In this document: positions 1-10,261 of the stretch, piece after piece
Layout of the letters: each line of letters opens with the position of its first letter
Position numbering within the stretch: the first letter of the stretch is position 1
Origin: Nitrospirota bacterium
Lineage (GTDB): Bacteria > Nitrospirota > Thermodesulfovibrionia > Thermodesulfovibrionales > Dissulfurispiraceae
NCBI GenBank assembly: GCA_963790025.1
Contig: CAWBMP010000002.1
Span: 416,001 to 480,000 of the forward strand
Direction of reading: 5' to 3'
Length of the DNA: 64,000 bases
The notes under the pieces: model-generated
Databases searched by the model: none
Told to the model about the DNA's origin: nothing
What the model saw: the letters and a program-made list of their open reading frames with translations, nothing else
Position numbers and translations under genes: made by a program

Positions 1-699
1 GCCACGGGCGCAGTTGATTATTTTTACGCCTTTTTTCATTTTGGCTATCGTATCTTTATCAATCAAATTAAGGGTATCTTTATTTTTAGGTACATGCATC
101 GTAATAAAATCGCATGATTTCCATATGTCATCAAGCGATGCGGCATAATGAGCACAAGCCTTTTCCACAATTTCTTTGCCGACAAACGGATCATATACTA
201 AAACTTTCATGCCCATTGCATTGGCAGTACAAGATACCCTGCTCCCGATTTTCCCAAAGCCGATTACACCTAATGTTTTGTTAAAAATTTCTTTGCCCGT
301 CAGGCTGGATCTTTCCCATTTGCCTGATTTAATCGAAGCGTCAGCAGCGGGGATGTGCCTCGTCATGGCCAGCATCATGGCCACAGTATGTTCAGCAGCT
401 GCGACAGTATTGCCTTCAGGAGAGTTAATTACAATAATTCCTTTGTCTGTAGCCGCGTCAATATCGACATTGTCTACACCAACGCCAGCTCTGCCGATTA
501 CCTTCAGCCTGTCGGCGGCTGCAATAATATCTTCGGTAATTTTTGAAGAACTTCTGATCATTAAAGCATCGTAATCTTTAATGATCGTCTTAAGCTCTTC
601 AGCGCTGAGAACCGGCTTATAATCAACTTCACAGGTTTCCTCCAAAATTTTCACGGCAATTTCATTAATCTTGTCTGTAACCAATACTTTGTAGCCCAT
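1..699 (-). CDS. serA: D-3-phosphoglycerate dehydrogenase, 5' part (continues off the window edge)
   Basis: Manual translation MGYKVLVTDKINE...IGRAGVGVDNVD...NTVAAAEH...LGVIGFGKIG...INCARG; GGAGG upstream of ATG at 699. Confidence 0.92.
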   Translation of the reverse strand, partial: MGYKVLVTDKINEIAVKILEETCEVDYKPVLSAEELKTIIKDYDALMIRSSSKITEDIIAAADRLKVIGRAGVGVDNVDIDAATDKGIIVINSPEGNTVAAAEHTVAMMLAMTRHIPAADASIKSGKWERSSLTGKEIFNKTLGVIGFGKIGSRVSCTANAMGMKVLVYDPFVGKEIVEKACAHYAASLDDIWKSCDFITMHVPKNKDTLNLIDKDTIAKMKKGVKIINCARG

Positions 700-796
700 A
701 TTTTTCTACCTCCGGGATACCCCTAAAACGCCCTTTGTCATCCGGGCTCGTTCGGATATACTAAATAATTATTATTACAGCAATGTTAAGATGAGA

Positions 797-2251
797 TTAA
801 CGTTTGGTTAAATCGCCGTCATTCCACCAGCCGCCGCCAAGGGCCACAAAGAGGGCAACGGTGTCCTGAAGGCGCTGGGCCAATGCCTGGAGATAACCTA
901 TCTTGGCCTGAGAATATTGAGCATCTGCAATAAGCATTTGCAAATAGCCGACCGTTCCTGACTGGTAATTTGCCTGCAGTAATCGCATCGTTTCCTCAGC
1001 AGTGCTCAGCGCTTCCGACTGGGATTTCACGGCATCCGCGTCATTTTCCAGTGCCCGCAGGGTGTCGGCAACCTGTTCAAAAGCGCTGAGGACGGTCTGA
1101 CGATAGTTGGCCAGAGATTGATTGTAGGCTTCAATCGCCGCTTCCCGCCTGAACCACAAGGTCCCGCCATGGAAAATTGGAGTAACGACACCTCCTCCCA
1201 GATTCCAGATACCGCTCGAATTTTTGACAAGGTTGCCTAGCGAATTGTTACTCCATCCGTAAGCGCCGCTCAATGTGAAGTCCGGAAACATCGCGGCAGT
1301 GGCCACCCCGATATTGGCGCTCGCACTATGCAGTTGCGCTTCGGCAGCAAGGACATCTGGACGCTGGCGCACCAGATCCGAAGGTAGTGACAGCGGCAGG
1401 TTGCCGGGAAGAGTGATGTCAGCCAAATCTATTTGCGGCAGTGTCCCTTCTGCAGGTAGATGACCCGTGAGGGTGGCAAGCAAGTGATCGGCCTGGCTGA
1501 GTTTTTGTCTCAGAGGCGGGAGAGTCGATTCAGAGGCGGCAAGCTGGCTGCGGAGGCTGAGCACATTTGAATAAGGAACAGTTCCAGCTTGAGCCTGAGT
1601 TTCGGTAATCCCGACCTGTTCCTTCTCGAAACCGATAACTTGGTCAGTAGCTTTCACCTGTTCACGGTAGGCCGCCCGGGCAATAATGGTGTTGACTATA
1701 TTGCCGGACAGAGCAAGATAAGTACCCAGAAACGCATACCGTTGAAAGTCCGCCTGGGCTTCCAAGCTTTCCACTGTACGGTGTTCGCCTCCAAACACAT
1801 CGAGTGTGTAACTGACAGTCGCCTGCAGCGTGTAGAGATTAAAGATGCTGCTCTTGGGGCTGCCGCCGAATCGGGCGAGAGAGGACTTCTGTCGCGATGC
1901 ATCAAACCCGGCATCAACCTGTGGGAGAAAGACGCCGTAACCAGCCCTGAGGTTGTCCTGACTCTGGAGCAAACTTGCCTGCGCCGCCTGCAGGGTTGGA
2001 TTATTGACAATTGCATCTTTAATCACAGTTTCTATCCCGGAGGAGTTAAAAAAGCGCCACCAGTCTGCGGCGATTTTGGCGCCTTGTTCAAAGTGCTGGG
2101 CCTGACCGCCTGCAGGAATTGTCTCGGCAGGCTCTGCACCATTTGTGTAGTGTTCAACCTGCGGCGGTTCGGGACGGACAAAGTCCGGCCCCACAGCACA
2201 TCCGGCTAAAGACAGGCAAAGGCAGATGTAAAGACAAAGGAAACTTTTCAT
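797..2251 (-). CDS. Outer-membrane efflux lipoprotein (NodT/TolC family)
   Basis: Lipobox LAGC then AVGPDF; WWxxF, RQRPDV and C-terminal LFVALGGGW motifs. Confidence 0.93.
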   Translation of the reverse strand: MKSFLCLYICLCLSLAGCAVGPDFVRPEPPQVEHYTNGAEPAETIPAGGQAQHFEQGAKIAADWWRFFNSSGIETVIKDAIVNNPTLQAAQASLLQSQDNLRAGYGVFLPQVDAGFDASRQKSSLARFGGSPKSSIFNLYTLQATVSYTLDVFGGEHRTVESLEAQADFQRYAFLGTYLALSGNIVNTIIARAAYREQVKATDQVIGFEKEQVGITETQAQAGTVPYSNVLSLRSQLAASESTLPPLRQKLSQADHLLATLTGHLPAEGTLPQIDLADITLPGNLPLSLPSDLVRQRPDVLAAEAQLHSASANIGVATAAMFPDFTLSGAYGWSNNSLGNLVKNSSGIWNLGGGVVTPIFHGGTLWFRREAAIEAYNQSLANYRQTVLSAFEQVADTLRALENDADAVKSQSEALSTAEETMRLLQANYQSGTVGYLQMLIADAQYSQAKIGYLQALAQRLQDTVALFVALGGGWWNDGDLTKR

Positions 2252-3333
2252 TTCTCTCCAATATAAACATCCACGAGCTGCCCGGGATAAAGGTTGATAT
2301 TCCTTGGTTTCTCGAACCTGAATATTACAGGCAACACCCGCACATCCACCCTTTCAGTCCTTTGATTGGACAATTCAACTTTAGGCGATACATATGGCTG
2401 TATCCGAACGTATTCCAGAGGAATGCTGATATTAGTACCCCGTATGAACAATTGCGCATGCATTTGTGACGTGCCCGGCAGTCTGTGTACAAGAATCTCA
2501 TCAATATAGCATCTGACCCCGATATAGTTTTGCGGTCCTCCCATAACAATGACGGGATCGGCACCCTGCGTATAAGTATCATATGCGCCTTGCTGGGAAA
2601 TGTAGCTGCCGACCGCAGCATTTACGGATAGAACCACGCCATCTGCCGGAGCCTTTATGGCGTACTTTTCCAGCAGTGCACTTGAAGCCATGTAGGCTTT
2701 TATCAGCGCATTGTACTGGTTTTCCTGATTTCTTATATCATAAATCCAGGCCCCTGCTTTTGTAAGTTCGTACTGCTTCCGCGCGACTTCGAGATTTGCT
2801 CTAGCAGTTTTGACTGCATTTTCCGCATTATCCAAATCATTTTTGCTCACCGATTTGGGATTCAGTTCGTAAGATTTCCTTAATTTGTCCAACTGGTCCT
2901 GCGAGGTCTTGAGGCCTGCGTCGGCAAACTCCACCTGGGCCACTGCAATTTCAAGGGTTTCTTTTCTTGGTTGGGCCTTCAATTCTTCCAGAAGGGCCTT
3001 GGCAGCTTCGGCTTGTGACTTGAGCTGCTCAGCGGTCGCCCTTTGTACGGAATCATCCATCAGCAGCAGCGGAGTTCCCTGATGCACGCTATCCCCTTCA
3101 GCTACAGGAATTTTTACTACGGTTCCCGGAACTTCAGGGTATATGTTGATATTAGCTCCATGCGTCTGGTAGCTTTCAACAATACCGTTGGCATAGATAC
3201 CCTTTGCATAGGGATTCGAGGCCGGACTGAACACCGGGGGCAGCGGCTTTTTTTCGATGCCGTATATGTATGCGCTCACCAAAGCGACGAAAACACCTAT
3301 AATTGAAAGAGAGAATAATATCTTATTCCTCAC
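2248..3333 (-). CDS. HlyD-family periplasmic adaptor
   Basis: N-terminal TM, lipoyl-like halves (GTVVKIPVAEGDSV; IKAPADGVV), coiled coil, ERVDVRVL. Confidence 0.88.
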   Translation of the reverse strand: MRNKILFSLSIIGVFVALVSAYIYGIEKKPLPPVFSPASNPYAKGIYANGIVESYQTHGANINIYPEVPGTVVKIPVAEGDSVHQGTPLLLMDDSVQRATAEQLKSQAEAAKALLEELKAQPRKETLEIAVAQVEFADAGLKTSQDQLDKLRKSYELNPKSVSKNDLDNAENAVKTARANLEVARKQYELTKAGAWIYDIRNQENQYNALIKAYMASSALLEKYAIKAPADGVVLSVNAAVGSYISQQGAYDTYTQGADPVIVMGGPQNYIGVRCYIDEILVHRLPGTSQMHAQLFIRGTNISIPLEYVRIQPYVSPKVELSNQRTERVDVRVLPVIFRFEKPRNINLYPGQLVDVYIGEK

Positions 3334-4027
3334 GCAATCCTCCTTTTACGATTCCTGTTATCCTGCCGTCAGCCATCTTCATTATCCTGTCCGCATATTC
3401 GAATATCCTGCTATCATGCGTAACAATTATAATGCACCGGTTCTCGTTCAGTATATTTTTTTTTACAAAATCCACAATTCTTCTTCCTGTTTCGCCATCC
3501 AGGGACGCGGTAGGCTCGTCGAAAATCAGGATATCGGGACTGCTGGCTATTGCCCTTGCGATTGCCACCCGTTGCTGCTCCCCACCGCTTAATTTGACCG
3601 GGGGAAGCTGCGCCCGGTCCTTTATCCCCACTATTTCCAGATACTTCATGGCGATGTTTATGGATTCATTCCAGTCCATCCTTTTTAAAATCAGGGGAAT
3701 CGCTGCGTTTTCCACCGTTGTCAGTTTTGGAAAGAGGTGATAATCCTGAAACACGAATCCCACCTTATTCAATCTGAAATCGGCGATCTGGTCGCCGGTA
3801 AAACTCCAGATGTCTTCATCATCCACAATTACAGTCCCCGAATTCGGTCTGAGGATGCCCGATATGATGCTCAACAACGTCGTTTTCCCGCTCCCGGATG
3901 GGCCTTCTATATAAAGCATTTCTCCAAAATAGGCTTCAAAACTGACGTCCCTCACCGCGTAAGTTTTGGCTTCTCCTTCGCCAAACCATTTGACCAGTTC
4001 TTTTGCGCTCACTGCCAGTCTGGGCAT
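3323..4027 (-). CDS. ABC transporter ATP-binding protein (MacB/LolD/DevA-like)
   Basis: GPSGSGKT, GFVFQ, LSGGEQQRVAIARA, DEPT, VTHD. Confidence 0.95.
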   Translation of the reverse strand: MPRLAVSAKELVKWFGEGEAKTYAVRDVSFEAYFGEMLYIEGPSGSGKTTLLSIISGILRPNSGTVIVDDEDIWSFTGDQIADFRLNKVGFVFQDYHLFPKLTTVENAAIPLILKRMDWNESINIAMKYLEIVGIKDRAQLPPVKLSGGEQQRVAIARAIASSPDILIFDEPTASLDGETGRRIVDFVKKNILNENRCIIIVTHDSRIFEYADRIMKMADGRITGIVKGGLREE

Positions 4028-4028
4028 A

Positions 4029-5165
4029 TTAACCTCTGAAGATATCGAAAGGCTCTATTTTGATCACTTTTCTCACTCCGATATAACTCGAAATCGCAGC
4101 TATTATCAGTACCATCACAAAAGCAAATGCGAGGCTTGTATAAGCTATCATGGCCGCATAGCTCGGCAACCTGAATTTAGCCAGGGCTATTACAAGGGAG
4201 GCCAGTCCAACTCCCATTCCATAACCAGTGAGTGCAGTAAAAGTCGCCTGGAACAATATCATATAAATAAGTTCCGATCCTTTGGCGCCTATCGCCTTTA
4301 AGGCCCCGAATTTTTCAAGGTTCTCAAGTATGAAGGTATAGAAGGTCTGCCCGCTGATTGACAACCCTACAATAAAACTTATTACAGTCATTATCAGCAC
4401 GTTCATGCCGAGACCTGTCTGGTATTTATAATAAGTCGAAATTTTCCGGATAAATTGATCCTTTGTGAGGGCTTGATAGCCGAGCGCTTTTATCTGCTGT
4501 TGAATGTAGGGTACAGCCGCGATGCTCTTCGGTTCTATAAGGATATATGAAATAGTGAACCTCATCGAAGGAATATACTGAATCGCCCTATTGTACGTGG
4601 TATACAGAGTGGGGGTCCCAAACAGGGAGCCGACACTGACCCGTGCTATTCCGACAATAACACCCCTGTGGTCGTTTATCTCAAATTCAGTTCCTAGCCC
4701 GGGGTTCCCCAGTTTGGGATATTCCGAATCCTTGACCACAATAAATGAATTTTCGGCATAGATGTCCTCGATGTGTCCCTGAAGCAGGCCCGGTCTGCCA
4801 AACAGACTTGCATCATCCAGCCCTATGACAGTTACTGCCTGATAATCGCCGCTCCGAAGTTTCACAAGGCCTGCACCGGAATACAAAGGCACAGCATATT
4901 TGACTCCGTTGATGCTCCGTACCGCGTCCAGTACATAATCCGGCATCGGGATGCTGTTAGCCGGAGTATTTACTGCAGGGTCCATTACCCACACCTTGGC
5001 CCCTACATTAACGACTGTGGCTGATGCCCTGTGCAATATACCTGCGAACATCGATGTCATCATAACCATCAAAAAGACAGCAAAGGTTATTCCGACAAGC
5101 AGTGCCGCGAATTTCCCTCTGTCGTTTACGAGCAGTTTATATGCAATTTTGAGGATTCCCTTCAT
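4029..5165 (-). CDS. ABC permease (FtsX/DevC-like)
   Basis: N-terminal TM, periplasmic domain, FGALKAIGA, three C-terminal TMs. Confidence 0.9.
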   Translation of the reverse strand: MKGILKIAYKLLVNDRGKFAALLVGITFAVFLMVMMTSMFAGILHRASATVVNVGAKVWVMDPAVNTPANSIPMPDYVLDAVRSINGVKYAVPLYSGAGLVKLRSGDYQAVTVIGLDDASLFGRPGLLQGHIEDIYAENSFIVVKDSEYPKLGNPGLGTEFEINDHRGVIVGIARVSVGSLFGTPTLYTTYNRAIQYIPSMRFTISYILIEPKSIAAVPYIQQQIKALGYQALTKDQFIRKISTYYKYQTGLGMNVLIMTVISFIVGLSISGQTFYTFILENLEKFGALKAIGAKGSELIYMILFQATFTALTGYGMGVGLASLVIALAKFRLPSYAAMIAYTSLAFAFVMVLIIAAISSYIGVRKVIKIEPFDIFRG

Positions 5166-5247
5166 ACGGCTTCACCCCTCTGCATCACGTGCTCATCTGC
5201 AAATACAAGCTTACAACATAGTGGAAATAAAAAACACAGTGCTATTA

Positions 5248-6699
5248 TTATTTTTTCTCGAGGACGGCATTTGCCGGTACGTATTCCCAACCGCCCCCCA
5301 GGGCCTTGTAAAGGGCGATGAGATCAATTATGATGTTGCGCTCGCTTTGAACCAATGCGTCTTCCGAGGCGTAAAGTGAGCGCTGGGCATCGAGCACATT
5401 CAAAAAAGGAATTTGGCCTTCGGTGTAAAGCTGGAGCGACAAGTCCACGGCCTTGCGGTTGGCTGCTACGGCATCTCTAAGAGATTTGCGGTGTTCCTGT
5501 TCCTTTGCAAACGCAATTAGCGCATTTTCGACATCCTGAAATGCTGTCAGGACTGTTTTCTGGTATGTGATGAACGATTGGTCGCGCAGCGCTTCCTGCA
5601 AGCGAACGTTGGACACAATAGCGCCCCCCTGGAAAACCGGCCAATTCAGTGATGGGCCGAAAGAGAACGAACGGTTAGCATCGCTCCACCATGTGTGAAG
5701 CAGGTTGCTATGCCAGTTCACAGTGCCGGTCAGCGAAAAAGAAGGAAAGAGCTGCGCAACGGCAACACCGATTTCGGCTGTGGCGGCATGGAGTTGCGCT
5801 TCGGCTTCACGGATGTCAGGCCGGCGGCGCAGCAATTCTGACGGAAGCCCGGCAGGGATTTTAGCGGGGACCACTGGCAGACTGCCTGTGAGCGATAATT
5901 TCTCAAGCAAATCGGCAGGTGGCCGCGCTAGCAGCACGCTCAAAGAATAAATGGATTGCTGAGCTGCTGTTTCAAAGACCGGGATTTGAGACTCCGTGGT
6001 AGCAACGTTAGAGTCGGCGTTGGCAACATCGAGCGCACTGTCGAAGCCCACACTGAATAGTTTACGGGTAATTTCAGCTGTGTGCTGCTGGGCTTTAAGG
6101 TTATCTTGCGCAGTCACTATCTCCTGTTGGTAACCGCGTAGTTGAATATAATCAAGCGCTACTTCGGCAATGAGGCTGACCTGCACATCCCGGATGTTTT
6201 CGACAGCGGTCTGGATGTTGGCGTTGGCCGATTCTATATTGCGGCGAATGCCGCCGAACAGATCAAGTTCCCACACAGCATCCACTCCTGACTGGTAAAG
6301 GTCCTGCTGTTGATTATCAGGAGTGATCCCGGCCGTGTGGATCCTCTGGTAACTTCCGGCGGCGATAACGGACGGCCACAAGCCTCCTATTGCGATACCA
6401 CTCAAGGCGCGCGCCTGGCGCAACCGGGCCCCAGCGATCTGCAAGTCGAGGTTCGCCTTCACCGCTTCCCCGACTAGTTCGTTCAGTATTGGATCGTTGA
6501 ACTGACACCACCACTGAGTGAGTTCAGCCGGCAGCGCAGTGGCCACTGATGGTTCATTCGGTATCTTCGACACGCCCGCCCACGCAGCGGGGGCTGCCAT
6601 CTGCGGCGGACGAAACTCCGGACCCACCATGCAACCGCTGATTATAAGCAAGGACAAACCGGCGGCAATCAGGACTGGAAGAGAAGCTGTCTTACTCAT
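5248..6699 (-). CDS. Outer-membrane efflux lipoprotein (NodT/TolC family)
   Basis: Probable start MSKTAS overlapping the upstream stop; lipobox ISGC, WELDLFG, RRRPDI, LYKALGGGW. Confidence 0.92.
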   Translation of the reverse strand: MSKTASLPVLIAAGLSLLIISGCMVGPEFRPPQMAAPAAWAGVSKIPNEPSVATALPAELTQWWCQFNDPILNELVGEAVKANLDLQIAGARLRQARALSGIAIGGLWPSVIAAGSYQRIHTAGITPDNQQQDLYQSGVDAVWELDLFGGIRRNIESANANIQTAVENIRDVQVSLIAEVALDYIQLRGYQQEIVTAQDNLKAQQHTAEITRKLFSVGFDSALDVANADSNVATTESQIPVFETAAQQSIYSLSVLLARPPADLLEKLSLTGSLPVVPAKIPAGLPSELLRRRPDIREAEAQLHAATAEIGVAVAQLFPSFSLTGTVNWHSNLLHTWWSDANRSFSFGPSLNWPVFQGGAIVSNVRLQEALRDQSFITYQKTVLTAFQDVENALIAFAKEQEHRKSLRDAVAANRKAVDLSLQLYTEGQIPFLNVLDAQRSLYASEDALVQSERNIIIDLIALYKALGGGWEYVPANAVLEKK

Positions 6700-8065
6700 A
6701 TCTGAGCGCATCGATTGGATCGAGCCGGGATGCCTTCCATGCCGGATAAAAACCAAAGACGACCCCCACAACAGCCGATACGACCACTGAAACCACGATG
6801 GCGCCCACCGAGGCCGCTGTCGGCCAGTGCAGTACCTTCGTTACAATATACGAAGCGGTGCGGCCCAGTATGATCCCCATAGTGCCGCCGAGCAGGCACA
6901 GCACTATAGCTTCCGTCAAAAACTGACGCAGTATGTCTGCCGGCTCTGCGCCCACTGCCATGCGCAGGCCGATCTCCCGCGTCCGTTCCGTGACCGAGAC
7001 GAGCATAATGTTCATGATCCCAATACCTCCGACAACCAGCGAAATCATCGCAACACATAACAGGAGCTTGGTTATCAACTCAGTCGTCGAACTCATCGCC
7101 TTGGTAATCTCGGTCATGTCGCGTATAGTGAAATCGCTCGGATCGCCCGGCAAAAGGTGATGGCGCTCCCTGAGCAGCACGGTCATTTCCTGCATGGCCG
7201 AAGGTATCTGTATCGCTGACTGGGCGGCGGTCAATATCTGGTCCACGTTAGTGAACCGGATAGGCTGTGGGGTGTCAGCCTGCTCTGTAGCCGACGCAAC
7301 CGGGTAGAGGTTCTGAGCGAGATTAGGATATACCTGACTCAATGAAATGGCTTCGTTGCCGCTTGAAGTATTTGTATTGCTCTGATTGCCGGCAGAAAGA
7401 GAAGTAGCTACCACACGGTATTTGATGGTTGTCCATGGCGCCAGCAGGATATCATCCTGGTCCATGCCCATCATGTTTGCTCCCTTCGGGCGTAATACTC
7501 CAATGACCTTGAAGGCCACATTCCGTATCCGGATTTCCTTGCCTATGGGAAATTCTCCGCCGAACAACTGTCTTACGATAGTCTGGCCTATCAAACACAC
7601 CTTGTTTACATTCAGGACATCATGATCGCTGAAAGATTCACCGCTATCAAGATCGGTCCAATCCCTGACCTCCAGAAATTGAGGAGTAGTGCCATAGAGG
7701 TAAGTCGGAACGTAGTTGCGGTTGCCGAATACCAGCTGGGTGCGGGCGCGCACTATCGGCGCAACGTTGCGGACAGCAGGACACTCTTTGATTATCGCAT
7801 CGGCGTCCTGCGGTGTGAGGGTCATCATGCTGCCGATCCCCATATTGATGCCGCTTGCAGTTGCCGCTCCTGGAACGATGACAAGGGTGTTGGCGCCCAT
7901 GCTGGCCATGGTTTTCTGGATTGCAATAGTCGCGCCGTGGCCGATCTCCATCATAGTGATCACCGCCGCAACTCCGATCACGATGCCCAAAGTTGTGAGC
8001 AGTGTCCTCATGACGTTGCGGCGCAGAGCATTTAAAGCCGTTTTCAGGATACCGTACCAGTTCAT
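6692..8065 (-). CDS. MacB-type ABC permease
   Basis: LTTLGIVIGVAAV, VGGIGIMNIMLVSVTERTREIGLRMAVGA, ASRLDPIDALRYE. Confidence 0.95.
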   Translation of the reverse strand: MNWYGILKTALNALRRNVMRTLLTTLGIVIGVAAVITMMEIGHGATIAIQKTMASMGANTLVIVPGAATASGINMGIGSMMTLTPQDADAIIKECPAVRNVAPIVRARTQLVFGNRNYVPTYLYGTTPQFLEVRDWTDLDSGESFSDHDVLNVNKVCLIGQTIVRQLFGGEFPIGKEIRIRNVAFKVIGVLRPKGANMMGMDQDDILLAPWTTIKYRVVATSLSAGNQSNTNTSSGNEAISLSQVYPNLAQNLYPVASATEQADTPQPIRFTNVDQILTAAQSAIQIPSAMQEMTVLLRERHHLLPGDPSDFTIRDMTEITKAMSSTTELITKLLLCVAMISLVVGGIGIMNIMLVSVTERTREIGLRMAVGAEPADILRQFLTEAIVLCLLGGTMGIILGRTASYIVTKVLHWPTAASVGAIVVSVVVSAVVGVVFGFYPAWKASRLDPIDALRYE

Positions 8066-8772
8066 ACTGCATCCCTAGACTTGCATATATCGGAACTTTT
8101 TTCTATGTGGCCATCCTTGATATTAACGATCCGCCTCGCATGCTGCGCCACGCCGGGATCGTGGGTAACAAGTATGATAGTGATGCCCTCTTCAGTATTG
8201 AGCTGCCGGAACATCACGAGGAGTTCCTCATTGGTGCGCGAGTCGAGGTTGCCTGTCGGCTCATCGGCCAGGAGTACCTGCGGATGGTTGATCAGAGACC
8301 GTGCTATCGCCACGCGCTGCTGTTGGCCGCCCGAAAGCTGTGATGGGAGATGTTCCAGGCGATCAGCCAAACCCACTTTGTCCAACAGTTCAGCAGCTCG
8401 TTGCTTCTTTTGGCTCTCACTGAGGTCCTCTTTTGTATAGAGCAGAGGCATCATTACATTCTCCAGCGCGGATGTGCGCGGCAGCAGGTTGAAGGTTTGG
8501 AAAACGAAACCGATCATACGGTTTCGCAGTCTTGCCTGCTCCGTTGCATTGAGCCTGGAAACCTCCCTGTCGTCGAACCAGTACTCCCCTGCAGTCGGAC
8601 GATCCAGGCAACCGATAATGTTCATAAGCGTGCTTTTGCCGGAACCGCTCGAGCCCATCAGGGCCACGAATTCGCCGCGAGATACACTGAGCGTCACGCC
8701 CATAAGCACCGGAAGATCAACTTCGCCAAGACGGTAAGTCTTACGAATATCGCGCAATTCGATCAAATCCAT
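8062..8772 (-). CDS. MacB-type ABC ATP-binding protein
   Basis: GSSGSGKSTLMNIIGCLD, LSGGQQQRVAIAR, DEPTGNLD; start taken at MDLIEL. Confidence 0.95.
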   Translation of the reverse strand: MDLIELRDIRKTYRLGEVDLPVLMGVTLSVSRGEFVALMGSSGSGKSTLMNIIGCLDRPTAGEYWFDDREVSRLNATEQARLRNRMIGFVFQTFNLLPRTSALENVMMPLLYTKEDLSESQKKQRAAELLDKVGLADRLEHLPSQLSGGQQQRVAIARSLINHPQVLLADEPTGNLDSRTNEELLVMFRQLNTEEGITIILVTHDPGVAQHARRIVNIKDGHIEKSSDICKSRDAV

Positions 8773-8844
8773 GTCACAGCAACTCCACAATATGTATTAG
8801 CCTTAATTGCCCGGGCAATTCCATGATTCTCATAGTTCCATTTC

Positions 8845-10179
8845 TTAGGGCCGTCCCCGGCCGACCTGGGGTGTGAAAGGACTTCGTTCTGCACCGGGAC
8901 CGGCTTTGACTTCGGGAGCAGCTTCGCCGACAACGGCCTGCAACCCCTCGGACAGGTCCCTGTCTTCGACTTCCGTTACTACTCCATCAGTCAAACCAAC
9001 CTTCACATGGATAGGCCGGACAAATTTACCTTGCTCGACCCAGATTGTACCCCGGGCTTGCATAGCGCCGCCTGCGCCATGTCCTTCCCCTTTGCCCAAA
9101 CCTGATGCCGCTGCCTGGACATGCGATTTTCTACGGGCTTCCGGTGATATCTGGTTTGGTAAGGGGGACCAGCGCAGTGCCGCATTCGGGACCACCAGCA
9201 CCCCATGACGGCGGCCAACCATAAAATGGGCGTTGGCGGTCAGGTATGGCAACAGTTTGCCGTCGTCATTGTCTGTGTTGACCTCAATAGTATATGTTAC
9301 TACGTTCTGCACCATCGTCGCGTTAAGGCGGATTTTACCGACTTCTCCGTGAAAAACCCGGTTGGGAAATGCATCTACAGTGAATGTAACCGGCTGGCCT
9401 TTTGAAATGCTGCCGATATCGGCTTCATTAACAGACACCCAAACCTGGATGTGCTTCAAGTCTTTCGCGATAAGGAACAGGCTCGTGGCACTCATACTCG
9501 ACACAACGGTCTGACCGATATTTACCTGCCGGTCAACAATCACACCCTTGACCGGCGACTTGATGGTACAGTAACCGAGATTCACCTGTGCGCTGTCAAG
9601 GTTGGCCTTTGCTTGCGCTACTGCTGCCTTCGTCTGCTCCACTGCTGCATGGGCAGCTGCCAGGTTGGCTTTGGCAACTTCAAAATTTGCCCGGTACTGG
9701 TCATAAGCGCTTTTAGCCAATGCATCGGATGGCCCGAGCTTCTGAGCCCTGTCCCAGTCTTGCCCGGCCTGCAGCAACTTGGCTTCCATCTGGAGAACAT
9801 TGGCGTCAGCGGTGATCTTGTTGGCCATTGCCTGCTGCAATTGGGCCTTGGCAGCTTCTACGGCAGCCGCATAAAGTGAATCGTCGATCCTAGCCAGCAC
9901 AGTGCCTGCTTCAACAGGCGAACGGTAATTGATCATGCTCCCGAATTTGTCTTTGCCGAAGCTGCTGATGATCCCCGAAACCTGGGCGCCGACATCCACG
10001 ACTACCTCCGGCTCCACTGTGCCTGTTGCGCTGATCGTAGCTTCAAGGTCTCCACGTTTGATCTCAGCGGTGCGGAACATCGGTCCTTTACTCCCGCTGG
10101 AGCGAAGCCACCAAAAACAGCCAATAACTATAGACAGGCCGATAACTACAAGTATTGTCATGCCAACTTTTCGTTTCAT
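8845..10179 (-). CDS. MacA-like efflux periplasmic adaptor, copy 2
   Basis: SATGTVEP, VGAQVSG, IKSPVKGVIVDR, VNEADIG, NVVTY, VPNAALR. Confidence 0.93.
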   Translation of the reverse strand: MKRKVGMTILVVIGLSIVIGCFWWLRSSGSKGPMFRTAEIKRGDLEATISATGTVEPEVVVDVGAQVSGIISSFGKDKFGSMINYRSPVEAGTVLARIDDSLYAAAVEAAKAQLQQAMANKITADANVLQMEAKLLQAGQDWDRAQKLGPSDALAKSAYDQYRANFEVAKANLAAAHAAVEQTKAAVAQAKANLDSAQVNLGYCTIKSPVKGVIVDRQVNIGQTVVSSMSATSLFLIAKDLKHIQVWVSVNEADIGSISKGQPVTFTVDAFPNRVFHGEVGKIRLNATMVQNVVTYTIEVNTDNDDGKLLPYLTANAHFMVGRRHGVLVVPNAALRWSPLPNQISPEARRKSHVQAAASGLGKGEGHGAGGAMQARGTIWVEQGKFVRPIHVKVGLTDGVVTEVEDRDLSEGLQAVVGEAAPEVKAGPGAERSPFTPQVGRGRP

Positions 10180-10261
10180 CTTAACTCCAGTCGTTATGGA
10201 CAGTCTAAAAGTTACAGTTGTTAACCTTTAGCTTTTTCCAATGCTCAATTAAGAGAGTATC